The notes below the pieces were generated by a model. The model did not search any database, was not told the DNA's origin, and saw only the letters and a program-made list of their open reading frames with translations. Both the position numbers and the translations under genes were made by a program. From the NCBI GenBank assembly GCA_012295275.1, contig CM022665.1, positions 10,974,001 to 11,038,000 of the forward strand: a DNA stretch of 64,000 bases, in the 5' to 3' direction. The DNA is from Chrysomallon squamiferum (lineage: Eukaryota > Animalia > Mollusca). Positions 14,186 through 28,160 of the stretch are shown piece after piece; the first letter of the stretch is position 1; every line of letters starts with the position of its first letter.

Positions 14186-16419
14186 CTGTTAAATACTTCC
14201 CTTAGACTGTTGTCTATATTTCTAATGAATGAACCAATAATGGAAGGATGAATGGATGGATGGATGTGTGAATGAATGGACTGACAGGTGGATGTATGAA
14301 AAAGATGAATGAATGAATGAATGGACAAGTGAATGAATATATATTAATGAATAAATAATAATAACAATAAAAAAATTATAATACAAATTTTAAGAATTAA
14401 TAATAATAAACAAAAACTAAAGAATAATAATAAAACAAATAAATAAATAAAATAATAATAATAATAATAATAAATATATATATATATATTTTTTAAATGT
14501 ATTAATATATATACTTTGTATCAGGTGTCACATCACGTTTCAGTTTGATACTTAACATTTGTATGTGCTCTATCTGCATGTGTTATGTAGTGTATATATA
14601 AATGTTTATTTTTGTAGGTGGGCATGTTTGGTACATGCACAGACAGACACGTGAACATGTTAATACTTTTAATAAACCATTTTTTTTGCCTTTAATATTA
14701 AAAAAATAGATTAGGCGATTATGTATATAAAGCTTATTGAAAAATCTTTAAAATAAAAATCCAGAAATCTAACAGAAGAAAGATACAAGAATTAAGAAAA
14801 CTGGCGAGGAGAACGCCACTGTTAAGTGGATATAATTTAGAAGATGAAAGAAGTTTTGAAAGAAAAATTGTCAGCTCATCCTAGATGCACATTCTCTGGA
14901 ATCTTTATATAAAGTTCTATAAGGGTTCAGTATTTACATATATTTATGAAATATTTAATGAGTACTTACAGGTGAATTTAGCCTGTACCATAATATTATA
15001 TCAGGAAAAATAGCTAAAAAAATACCGAATTTCTAGATTCTTATCCAAAGGTCATTCAGAACTAATAAATTAATTCTGGAGTAGTTTTTGAGATATATCT
15101 CTTCAAAAAAAAAAAAAAAAAAATTATAAACTTACATACTATTACTTGTTGTCTTCACCATATCGTTTCATATATTTTAGCTTGAGAACACACAGTTAGA
15201 TGTTTTTGATTTATTTAAAAAAATATAGTATATTGCGGTAATTTTGTTTTTTCACCACAGAAATGTACATCTATGATAAGAACTATCACAAACATGCAAA
15301 ATAAATTAAGAGAAGGATGTTTTGTTGAAAGAAGAACTTTAAAAGAACAGACAGATCTGTAGCTACCCCCCTCCCAGTCTAATGTGCTGAGTGTGTGTGT
15401 GTGGTCATGCATTTTGAATTTGAAAACAAGCCAAGAGCATTTTTGCACAATAAAGAATTCTTATGCCAAAAGAAATATTGAAACTTGTTGCAGAAATTTT
15501 TCTATTGATGATTATAATAAGGGTAAGAGTGTAGGTATTTAAAAAAAAAATTAAGTGGATGACTGCTGTAATCAAATTAGTTTCACAGCATTTGTTTTGA
15601 TCTTTTTGTTGTTGGCAGCAAACTGATGTTGTAAATTTGATTGCAAAGAGCATATGTTAAAAACTGATGTAAAATTCTATTTCATTTATATTTATAATAA
15701 AATATATTGTTTGTACATATATACTCATAAAAATGTGTGTTATTCATGGTAAAATATATTCTTCATCATTTATATTCAGATATGTTTTTCATTCAGTAAG
15801 TAAATAATATTTGGAATTTATGTTCATGATGACTATAATTTTTATAGTTTTTAAAATAAATAAAAGAGGCACTATATATATATATATATATATAAATTTT
15901 TTTATTATTATCATTATAACTTACAAAACAACACATTCTCAATCTTTAAAATATTAATATTAAGGCCTGTCTATCTGTATGTATGTTAATCTATTCATCC
16001 ATCCATTTATATGAACAAAGATCCTTTAATTTCATTCAGCACACACACACACACCCATTCAAATACATATATATACACACATATAATGCACACACACACA
16101 CAAGTATACATATATGCTCCCACACATACACCAACAGTTTTTATTTTCATTTTGTATTTTTTTGGATTTGGTTTCGTCTGATATTTACCTCAATCTTTTT
16201 TTTTATTATGAAAGCAAGAAGACATAATCACCAGTGTCTTTAACAGTCAGGTGGTTATCACTCTAACAGAATGAATTACAAGTTTCTCATCGTTAAAATG
16301 ACACAAGAACTAAATAGACCTCATTTCTTTTCAAAAGCAATCAAAACCTAATATCGACACTTTTAAAAAAAAAATGTTTTTTTTTTTTTTTTTTTTTAAT
16401 CTCACATAAACTGAACTGG

Positions 16420-16459
<40 letters not shown>

Positions 16460-17680
16460 AACAGCTCCTAACAACACCAGCACTAAAGCAGTTTGCACAT
16501 CTGCAATTTGATGAAACCACTTATTAATAAATTTGTCTCCATCTGTCAGTTCCCTCTTCTCTTTTAGCATGCATTGTCTTTGATCCTGTTCCAAGACAGA
16601 AAAACAGGAGATGTCACGGTGCCTGCTCTTCTGTGAACCTGATAATCAGAATTCTACATCATCTAGATTAGACTGGTGTTTTTCTACCGCCACACGCAGA
16701 GCATCGCCAGCGATGGTGTCTGCACTGAAACGTTATAGGCCACCTAAGCCAAAAACTGATATGAATAATAGTAATATATTTTTGACGTTTTTGTTCTTAA
16801 ATTATTTTTGGGGGTTAGTTGTGTAGAGCTTTAAAGAAACTTTAACATTTTTAGTTGAAATCAGTGAAAAGAAATTTTGTTTTAATTAATTAAGTATCAT
16901 AATATTATATTTTTAATAATAAAAAAAAAATGATTTTATGTATCCTTTTTTTTAAGACAATTTATTTTATAATTATATTCAGTTTAAAATAACTTTTTTG
17001 ACTATTTAGTCCATTCTGTGAAAAATATATTTAAAAAAAACAACCAAAAAAGTTGCAGTTATGTTGTATTTTAAGATAGCAGGATCGTCTAATCAGACAC
17101 ATTTCTTTTATTATAAATCGTAAGATATAAAATTTCTTGATGAAATTTGACTAGTAAATGCTGAATACCTCGAACTTGTATATATTTAGAATTTAAAAAA
17201 TTATTTAAAAATTAATTATTATCTCTTCTGCTGCTATTTTGAGTTTTAAATAAGTCTTTGACAGTTTGATTCAAATCTGTGAAAAGGATATCTCATGATA
17301 AGAGTTGATAAGTATGTTTTAACATCCAGACTTGTGCTTCATGCCTCTGTCAGTTTTAAATTAAATGTTAACTATTTATTTCTAATCTTGTACTATCTAG
17401 TTCAGGATATTTTGTGATAAGAACTGATAAAAGTTTAAACATTCAGACCTTTGCAATAAGCCCCAGGGTTAATAAAACAAAGTATTTTGCAGGTACTTAC
17501 AAAATAAAAAAAAAAAAAAATTAAGAATAATAATAATAAAAAAAAAAAAAAAAAAAAAAAAAACAACAACATAATAAAAAAAAAAAAAAATATATATATA
17601 TAAAATAAATAAATGAAAAAAAAATTTTTAAAAAAAATAAAATTAAAATAAAAATTAAAAAATAAAATAAAAATAAAATA

Positions 17681-17768
17681 AGGAGTCTGTAGGGTAATAA
17701 AGGAGTGTGTGGAGTAACAGTGGAGAGTATGGGGGAAAGCATGGAGTGTGTTGGGTAAGAATGGGTAA
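17681..17768. repeat. Short inverted copy of the 42-bp minisatellite family
   Basis: ggagtctgtagggtaataaaggagtgtgtggag...atggagtgtgttgggtaagaatgg is the reverse complement of array units. Confidence 0.9.
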
Positions 17769-18740
17769 AAATATCTGTGCATGTATTGCAGTGCTTAAAC
17801 AGAAAGCCTGAATGCTTTGTTGGTGACAAAAACTTTGTTAATAATAAAATATAAAAATAACATAAACCACTTGAATGCAGCTAACCAGTGCATGGTCTTG
17901 TACTATCCTTAAATAAAACTAATATTAATGTTTTATTTAAAGCTTAATATTAGAAATATAAAATATTTGATATATTATGATCAAAATTCTTTAATGGGTC
18001 TCATTAGACAACAAGATAAAACATAAAAAAAGGGAAACCCAAACCATCTCTACTTTTATTTGACAAAAATACAATAGGTTTCTACATTCAGATTAAGAAT
18101 TACACAGTAGAATGGAATAAACATTATAAATAAATAAGGAAACTGATAGTGATGTTTTGGAACTGCACTATTTTGTACACACATACTTTATTTTAAAAAA
18201 TATTTTTGCAGCAAATTTTTCTTTCTGATTATAATTTTTTTTATTATTATTAATATTATTATTTTACTTTTTTTGTTGTTAACAGTAATTTTTTTTTTTT
18301 TTTTTTGAGCATCAGTCAGATAAAACTGCATGCTTTATCTGGTGGTGTAACTTGTTTGAATAACCACAGCCTATTTCTAAATGATTTTACAATTATCTGA
18401 TAAACTACATTCCCAACATAAGAAGAAAATATTTTAAAAAAGAAATTAAAAACACCAATTCTGATATACACCATACCTCAAAACATTCAAGAAGTACAGC
18501 AGTACTTCAATACACAGATGTATTCAAATAAAACCTGTTACTAGGTCAAAATGACATTGCACTGAGTAACACATAATCCGTACTTGAAAATCATGCAGTC
18601 TGCTGTACAAACAATTAAGGGGGATTATGTAATAGCTTTGTCTGAAGAACTTACATTCCAAAAAATATCCAGCAATCAATTTTCAATTACAGTTTCCCAA
18701 ACCAGATGTAGAAATACATCTCATTTGCAAAAAAAAAAAA

Positions 18741-18777
<37 letters not shown>

Positions 18778-19049
18778 CATATTTTTTATTGTAATGCAAT
18801 ATATTAGATTTGTTCTTAACAAATTCATGATTGTGACACACACACACATACTTTGTCCTTTATATTCCTCCATCATATATATTTATTTATTCCTTATGAA
18901 TATTAAAAAAAATGTTCTCTATCACTCTAATCATATAACAGTGATTTACATTTTTATCTTAAATAATATATCCTTTACAAACCACAACATGGAAATACAA
19001 TAGTGATTGTTATCCTTGTGCATATCTATAACTAAGTTTGTTATGTTCA

Positions 19050-22000
19050 TCTACTCCATTCTTATCCCATATATTATGCATTTATCCCATATACTTTTCC
19101 AACAGACGATCCCATTATTACCCTACCGGTTCCATCTTATTCATACACTCCACCTTCCCAGTAGATTTCATACTTTTCCCACAGACTCCATTCTTACCCT
19201 TCCAACACAATACTCTGCCCACACACTCCATTATTATCCTACATACTCCATATTTTTTCCCCACACTCCAGCTTCCCAGCAGATTCCTCACCTTCCCACC
19301 ACACACTCCATTCTTACATACTTTCCCTCCACACTCCATGCTTCCCCACACACTCCATTCTTACCCTACAGACTCCATACCTTCCTTCCACACACTCCAT
19401 TCTTACCCTACAGACTCCATACTTTCTCTCACACACTCCATTATTACCCCACACACTCCAAACTTCCCCAAACACTCCATTCTGATCTACACATTCCATT
19501 CTTACCCTACAGATTCCATACCTTCCCTCCACACACGTCATTCTTACCCTACAGACTCCATACTTTCCTCCAAACACTCCATTATTACCCCACAGACTCC
19601 AAACTTCCTCCAAACACTCCATTCTTATCTGGACTCCATACTTCCCTCCACACATTCCATTCTTACTCTACAGAGTCCATACCTTCCCTCCACACACTCC
19701 ATTCTTACCCTATGGACTCCATACCTTCCCTCCACACACTCCATACCTTCCCTCCACACACTCCATTCTTACCCTATGGACTCCATACCTTCCCTCCACA
19801 CACTCCATTCTTGCCCTACATGCTCCATACCTTCCCTCCACACACTCCATTCTTACCCTACAGAGTCCATACCTTCCCTCCACACACTCCATTCTTACCC
19901 TACGGACTCCATACCTTCCCTTCCCACACACTCCATTCTTGCCCTACAGGCTCCATACCTTCCCTCCATACACTCCATTCTTACCCTACAGACTCCATAC
20001 TTTCTCTCACACACTCCATTATTACCCCACACACTCCAAACTTCCCCAAACACTCCATTCTTATCTACACATTCCATTCTTACCCTACAGATTCCATACC
20101 TTCCCTCCACACACGTCATTCTTACCCTACAGACTCCATACCTTCCCTCCAAACACTTCATTCTTACCCTACAGACTCCATACCTTCCCTCCACACACTC
20201 CATTCTTACCCTACAGAGTCCATACCTTCCCTCCACACACTCCATTCTTACCCCTAATGGACTCCATACCTTCCCTCCACAAACTCCATTCTTATTCCCA
20301 CGGACTCCATACCTTCCTCCACACACTCCATTCGTGCCCTCCATGCTCCATACCTTCCCTCCACACACTCCATTCTTACCCTACATGCTCCATACCTTCC
20401 CTCCACACACTCCATTCTTACCCTACGGACTCCATACCTTCCCTCCACACACTCCATTTTGCCCTACATGCTCCATACCTTCCCTCCACACACTCCATTC
20501 TTACCTTACAGACTCCATACCTTCCCTCCACACACTTCATTATTACCCTACAGACTCCATACCTTCCTTCCGCACACTTCATTCTTGCCCTACATGCTCC
20601 ATACCTTCCCTCCATACACACCATTCTTACCCTACAGACTCCATACTTTCCCTCACACACTCCATTATTACCCCACACATTCCATACTTCCCCATACACT
20701 CCATCCTTATCTACACATTCCATTCTTACCCTACAGACTCCATACCTTCCCTCCACACACCCCATTATTACCCTACAGCCTCCATACCTTCCCTCCACAC
20801 ACTCCATTCTTACCCAGCATACTCCATTCTTACCCTACAGACTCCATACCTTCCCTCCACACACTCCATTCTTACCCTACGGACTCCATACCTTCCCTCC
20901 ACACAATCCATTCCTACCCTACAGAGTCCATACCTTCCCTCCACACACTCCATTCTTACCCAGCATACTCCATTCTTACCCTACAGACTCCATACCTTCC
21001 CTCCACACACTCCATTCTTACCCTACATGGACTCCATACCTTCCTCCCTCCACACAATCCATTCCTACCCTACAGAGTCCATACCTTCCCTCCACACAAT
21101 CCATTCCTACCCTACAGAGTCCATACCTTCCCTCCACACACTCCATTCTTACCCTACGGACTCCATACCTTCCCTCCACAAACTCCATTCTTACCCTACG
21201 GACTCCATACCTTCCCTCCACACACTCCATTCGTGCCCTACATGCTCCATACCTTCCCTCCACATACTCCATTCTTACCCTACATGCTCCATACCTTCCC
21301 TCCACACACTTCATTCTTACCCTACGGACTCCATACCTTCCCTCCACACACTCCATTTTTGCCCTACATGCTCCATACCTTCCCTCCACACACTCCATTC
21401 TTACCTTACAGACTCCATACCTTCCCTCCACACACTTCATTATTACCCTACAGACTCCATACCTTCCCTCCGCACACTTCATTCTTGCCCTACATGCTCC
21501 ATACCTTCCCTCCATACACACCATTCTTACCCTACAGACTCCATACTTTCCCTCACACACTCCATTATTACCCCACACATTCCATACTTCCCCATACACT
21601 CCATCCTTATCTACACATTCCATTCTTACCCTACAGACTCCACACACCCCATTATTACCCTACAGCCTCCATACCTTCCCTCCACACACTCCATTCTTAC
21701 CCAGCATACTCCATTCTTACCCTACAGATTCCATACCTTACCCTACAGACTCCATACCTTCCCCCACACTCCATTCTTACCCTACAGACTCCATACCTTC
21801 CTTCCACACACTCCATTCTTACCCTACAGATTCCATACCTTCCCCTACAGACTCCATACCTTCCCCCACACACTCCATTCTTACCCCTACAGACTCCATA
21901 CCTTCCTTCCACACACTCCATTCTTGCCCTACATGCTCCATACCTTCCCTCCACACAATCCATTCTTACCCAGCATACTCCATTCTTACCCTACAGACTC

Positions 22001-22055
22001 CATACCTTCCCCCACACACTCCATTATTATCCCATATCTCATCTCCACATACTCA
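19050..22055. repeat. About 3 kb minisatellite with a 42-bp unit (two related 22- and 20-bp halves), C-rich on the plus strand
   Basis: Unit ctccataccttccctccacacactccattcttaccctacaga, roughly 70 unit lengths with degenerate edges. It accounts for all long ORFs at 19007-22176. Confidence 0.98.
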
Positions 22056-22432
22056 TAATAGATGTACAATTGTGAGGAACACTGGGACAAATCATATTGC
22101 AGGCCTAACAGACAGCAACAAATATCTTCTTGGAATGGTGGTGGCATCATTACAAGACAATAACATGCTTGACTGACACAAATAAAGACAGGCAATATCT
22201 GCACTGTCAGACTAATGGAACAGTGTGGGTTATGAAGTGGATGCTTGTTGATAAACGTGCCAGAACTCAGACACTAAACAATGGTCAGGAAAAACAATAT
22301 TCATTATACACAATAATGTGTGATAGAAAATAAACAGTGGCTGTAAATTTGCCATTAGATGTCAAAATAAAAAATAAAATAAAAACATCTCTCTGTCTAT
22401 CTGTCTGCCTATTTATCTATCTATGTTTATTT

Positions 22433-22465
<33 letters not shown>

Positions 22466-22532
22466 GATATATATATATATGGATATATATGTATATATAT
22501 ATATAAATAATCTTATTTATGTAGATGGATTA

Positions 22533-22820
22533 AAAAAGAAAGAAATGTTTTATTTAAATATGTTTTCAACCCCTTTTTTATATTTTTTTATATCTGTGGT
22601 TATAATTATGGCATTAGAAACACATTGTTAAAGATAATACAGGTGTGAAAAGAGGAAACCCAATAGCACCATAGCTACTTTTTAATTTACCAGCAAAATA
22701 TTGTTTTTTGTATGCACCTTCCCACAGAAAGGAAGAAACACAGTGTTGCCTTTGAAAAAGAAATCTTTGCACACTGGCTGCATTAGGAATTAGCCCGTTA
22801 GGCTTTGTTGGATGGACAGA
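22533..22820 (-). mobile_element. Decayed SINE-like element (most complete copy of a dispersed family)
   Basis: Ordered blocks aagaaatgttttatttaa / agaggaaacc / gctact / cagcaa / tatgcaccttcccacaga / cactggctg are shared with about ten other loci here, and there is a simple-repeat tail. It resembles a gastropod tRNA-derived SINE from memory (unverified). Confidence 0.65.
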
Positions 22821-24409
22821 TGGGTGATCAGATGGAAGATATATGTGTAAGTGGATGGACAGACGAATAAGTGAATTGTTAAATGAATAAAGGAATGGAC
22901 AGATGAATAATATATACATGGCACTGAAATAATAAAAAATGATAAAAATATTGATTATATAACTTTTTAAAATTCATTTATCTTTTTCATCTGGTGCAGG
23001 ACATGAATCAATAAATAGCTGAATATCAATGATCAATAATTATTTTCAAGAACAGAACTTAAATAAACCAAAAGATAAACAGTCAGAGAGAGATTCACAT
23101 TTGCATACTGCACAGACAGACAAACATATTCAGATCTGGGGGCCATCTATAAATACACCTTCACAACCACAAATCATTAACAAACTGTTATTTTAACATA
23201 AGAAGAAGCTGAGTTGAGAGAAAAATAAAAATAAAAAAATAAAGAAAAATGAAGAGCAAAGTTAAAAAGTTGCACCACTAAACTGTCTGTCTGTTGAAGA
23301 AAGAGAGAATTAATATGCTGACAAGGCAGTGGATCGAGTAACATGAAAAACACTCTCTAAAAATATTACATGTGTTTGTCTGGTAAACATCTCGAAAGAG
23401 CTCATTTCGGGTGTTTTTTCCATATGCTCGCAGACATATTCAGATATTAGAAAGATGGAGAGGATCAGCAAACTGTTAATTTGGTTGCTTTTTGTGCTAG
23501 GTAGATCATAAATAAAGCAGATGTATGTTATAATGATGATTGAAATGGAAGTTGTCTTTTCCTTCTTCTTGTGAGAATATACATATATATATATATCAAC
23601 AGGTTGTTGTACCAATAATGGTGAACTGTTCTATCAAATAAGACCCAGCAGAATGCAGAGAATGTCTGATACTGATAACTTAATACATAATGTTTTTATT
23701 TTATTTTATTTCTTTTTTTAAGGGGATTGTGGTTGTGGTACTTTTTGAAGTACAAGTGCAGTTGTTTAGGAAATGTGATTTGTTATTAAATTTTCATTAG
23801 ATGAAGCAGATATTGAAATAAAGAATGAATTAACTTTACTTTACATACCTGCTGTCTACCTACCTTACCTACATACATACATGCATATATAAACAACATA
23901 CATACATATATATTATTCTTTGCTAGAAGAAAGATATTTCATAATAATATTTGAACACCAAGATTTAGCACCATTACTATACTGAAAACCCTCCAAGAGA
24001 AGCCCCCAAAACTACCAAAATAAAACCCTAACTAAATAATAATAATAACAATAACAATAACAATAATAATAATAAATAATAATAGTAAGAAGAAGAAGAA
24101 GAAGAAAAGATGACCATAAAGTATGTAAAACAATTTGTTATTTGTTATATAAAAAAAACACTTTAGACAAATCAAACTGAACAAGTAATGCAGTGGTATT
24201 TAACTGCAAGCTATAAATTCTATTTTTAAATACTTCGCATAATCTTAACTATAACTGATAATTAATTGTATTCTCTTAGCTCACTGTGAACTGTTTAACC
24301 TAGGTGAAAAAAAATTAATGTCTGGATCTTTCTAGACTGTAATAACATTAATATTAAATAGATAGTGACATTTTATTTGATATGCAGAAATTTGGATAAT
24401 CAGTTTTTG

Positions 24410-24840
24410 TTTTATAGTTTTGCATACTTTTCTTTTTTTTCTTCTCTGTTTTTCTTTATTCGATACTTATTTTCATTTTTCCTTTCTTTCATTTGCATTT
24501 CTTTCGTCTGTTTTATTTCCTTTCTTCTCATCTTTCTTTCATCTCTTACTTTCTATTCATCTTTCTATTCCTTTTTTGTCTTCTCTTTCTCCTTTCTTTT
24601 TTTTTCTCTCATTTTTCATCCTTTCCTTTTCCCTTCGACTCTTTCCATCAGTTTTTTATTCTTGTTGATGTTTCATTTTCTTCTTTCCTTACTTTCTTTC
24701 TTCTTTCATTCTTTTTATACAACAACCTTTGTTTATTTATCTCTCTGTTTTTTTTCCCCTTTTATTTTATCATCTCTCTTTAAATTTATTTTTACTTTTA
24801 TTTTCAACTTCACCTCATCTTTTCTCAATTCATTCACAAA
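24410..24840. repeat. Pyrimidine-rich (T/C) low-complexity tract
   Basis: About 430 bp almost free of G; source of the spurious Phe/Leu/Ser ORFs. Confidence 0.9.
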
Positions 24841-25424
24841 GAACTGAACCTTCTGACCTCACACACTAAAGATAATTTCCCATCTCATCTTTTCTCATTC
24901 TTGTTAATACTTTAAAACTCCATTTTAATTTGCCACCAAACTGTCTGTGTGTGAATCAGGTAGGTGAGTGTGGTTTTTGGGTGTTTTTTTTTTACCTTTC
25001 GTTTTTTTCTGCACAGTAAGCAAAATAAATGATTTGTTGCTCATTACTGTTTCTTTATAACAGACTATGTGCTAAAGATTAAAACATAAAACCTGTTTTT
25101 TTATACAACATTGTTCAAATAAAGCCCATGCTATTAGGCAATACCCTGTGTTGTCTGAGAATTGTTAATTTTGGCAGTGTCTGCTGGATAGGAAGCAATA
25201 ATTGTGATAACAAAAATAAAAGAAATATAAAAATAATCCATTTCCTGGATGAGTTTGGGGTTGGAACTAATTAAAACATTCTGGTAGTTTGTACTAGAAG
25301 AGAGTGTGCTATTTTAACGTATTGTCTAGTAGTTTGTGTTTAGGGAATAAAAGAAGAGACAAAGATTCTATTTAACACTGCACTGTGTGCAATCTACAGT
25401 TACGTGTCTTCATTAAAGACCAAA

Positions 25425-25640
25425 CAGGTAATGAAAAACAAAATCTGCTGCTAACCACCACAGGCTACTCATTTATGCTTAGCAGGAAGGGGATGTTTAC
25501 ATGCACTTGTCCATAGACAGGAAAGCACTCACTCTAGTTTTTGAAAAATACTGAGGGCACAGTTTGGAATGGGAAATGAATTAATGATGAAATAAAGGGG
25601 ATTGATTTTTCAGCCCATCATACTGATGAACATATGACAA
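25425..25640 (-). mobile_element. Decayed SINE-like copy
   Basis: ggctactc...tagcaggaaggg...tacatgcacttgtccatagacaggaaagcac...ggaatgggaaat. Confidence 0.6.
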
Positions 25641-26229
25641 ACCAGCTTTCACCCAGAGTTATTTGAGAAGGTGTTGAACCACTATACTCTTTAAAGAGAC
25701 AATATTGTTACCTTCTGAATGATTAAAACAAACTGTGACTGAAGAAAAGGCAAAAACAATAAAATAAATATATATATTTTTTTTCAATTTGTGCATTTAA
25801 GACTGTGTAACTATATTAATAAAGATGATGTCTGTAACAAGAGATGACATAAATGATTACTTATTTGGGAAGGTATTAGACCCTCTCTGGAGATGAACCT
25901 GTTACCTTTTTGTATCAACAACAACCTGTGATTGAAAAGAAGGCATTAAGAAGAAAAGAAATATTTTGTCTTTAAATTTCTGCACTGAATGCTGTGTAGC
26001 TAAGTTAACAAAGAAGAAACTGGTAACAGGAGATGATGTAGTGATTATCCCCTAACAGCCCAGACCTGTGCAAACAAAACACCTGATGTGAACTAGCTAA
26101 TTAGCAACAGCTTTGATCTCTTTCTGCTAAAATAACTGCAAATACAAATAAAACACTCAGTTCAACAAGGCATGAGGATTCCTCAGTGATGATGAAGTGA
26201 GTAACATTCAGTAAGAAAACATTTGTGGA

Positions 26230-26700
26230 TGTCTGTATGTTACAAAATAATATTTACACAGACAAATGTTATAAAAAGAAAAATCCACCAAGATTCTGCA
26301 TGTTATAAAAAATATCCACCAACATTTTGCATGTTATAAATTAAATCCATCAACTATTTAAATAATATCTATCCAGATTCTGTATGTTATAAAATTGATA
26401 TCCATCAAGGCTCTCTGTATTATACATTAAATCCATCTAGTATAAATAATATGCATCCAGACATATCAAATTACATCCACCAAATTTTGGTATATTATAA
26501 ACTGATATCCATAAAGACTTTGATGCTACAAAATAATATCCGCCCACACTTTGCATGCTATAAAATAATATCCAATTTCTTTTTAGCATATTATGAAATG
26601 GTATCCATAAAGATTTTAAAGCTATAAAATAATATCCATGAAGACTTTGTATGTTATAAAATGATATCCACAGGGTCTATGCCTGTTATAAAAATGATAA
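26230..26700. repeat. Degenerate minisatellite, about 30-bp unit
   Basis: Repeated tgcatgttataaaataatatccaccaagatt-like units. Confidence 0.85.
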
Positions 26701-27769
26701 AGTGGTGTTGGATATAAACTTTTGTAAGGATGAAGTGTGCTGTCATTCCATAAAACTAATTTTATCAGTTAGCTGTAAGGAATGCTTTACATGCACATTC
26801 CGCAGACAGAAACTTAATAGCCTTTGATAAATTGGTTATTGAGCATTCACTGAACAGGAAATGGCCCCACTGGCACATCCAGGTAGACTGGTTCTGTGAT
26901 GTAAACTTCAAAGTGTATCTATGTCCTTATTTAAGAAAGCAGTTACAGTACCATGGAGACAGTTTAGTAACGATTGTGTTGGATGAGGTGGAATGGCTTC
27001 TTCACAGCAGTTTGACCGTTGAAGTTAAATTTACGAAATAATATACTTTTAGAATATTTTCATATTGTTGTTTATTTAACGCAGAAAGATTTGATGGATA
27101 TTTGTATTTTTATTTATTTATTTATTTGTTTTTTAATATTTCAATGGTTGTAGATACAAAGTAAATTCATTAATAATAATGTTTTCTTCCTTCTTTCTTT
27201 TTGAAAAATAAAAAATCATAATATTTATAATGATATCTCTGTATAATAATAATAATATAATTATGATGATGTTGATGATAACAACAACAACAACAACAAC
27301 AATAATGCTCTGAGTACAGGCATCAAACTCTACCTTTAGAGATAAGAAGGGGAAAAAAAAAAAAATCTACCACAATTTTTTTTTTTTTTTTGACAAGTAT
27401 ACATATATATAATACTGTCAGATTACAATCTTGATGTATTAGAAAAAAAAAGAGGAATTTTTGCCAACTGACAGGTCATACAATATTATCATATCACACA
27501 CTTGTCCTTTCAACATTTTCCACCCTCATTTTTTTTAAAGTAATAATACGGCTACTGATCTGCAGATAGTGACAGAACTAACTAGTATGGTGGAAGTTAG
27601 CCTCACTCATCTCTGGATGACAACTTCTGATAACTCATACATCCATTACTCACAAGACCACCATGATCTCAAGGCTTAAAAATCATACATCAAAATATGT
27701 GGTGTTGAAGATATTACGGAGAAGTGTAGGTGCTCATGGTAACCACATAATAATGCCAGAATCTAGATA

Positions 27770-28160
27770 ATTGAAAAGAAGGAAATTAAGAGAAAAATGA
27801 ACATTAGAAAGGAAAGAAAAGAAGACAGACATGAAGATTAAAAAGAAGAAAAAGAAGAAAATTAAAAAAAAAGAACAACACTTTGGAAGTAGGTCTTACT
27901 GAAAAGAAGAAAGAGAAAAAAAATGAAGATTAAAATGAATAAAAATAAGAGATAATGGAGAAAAATAACTTTGGAAATAGGTTTTACTGAAAAGAAGAAC
28001 AAGAAAGGAAAAGAAAAATGAAAATTAAGAAGATAAAATAAGGGAAGATTGAGGGGAAAAAAATGAAAGTCTTCATGAAAGCAGGTCTTAGTGAAAAGAA
28101 GAAGAAGAAAAGAAAAATGAAGATTAAAAAGAAGAGAAAATGGAAGAAGAAAAATTTTCT
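27770..28160. repeat. Purine-rich degenerate tandem repeat
   Basis: Repeated aaatgaagattaaaa and taggtcttactgaaaagaagaa blocks. Confidence 0.8.

Noticed and set aside
19007-22176. Very long ORFs (1006, 745, 538 and 416 aa) and many antisense ORFs
   Set aside because: They are translations of a stop-poor 42-bp repeat. All three plus frames are open and swap peptides at indels, and there is no domain or gene context.
24365-24847. Phe/Leu/Ser-rich ORFs (also 17435-17829 and 27862-28164)
   Set aside because: They are artefacts of T-rich low-complexity tracts.
25172-25190. Partial match to miR-34 (tggcagtgtct)
   Set aside because: The match stops after about 11 nt and no complementary arm forms a precursor hairpin.
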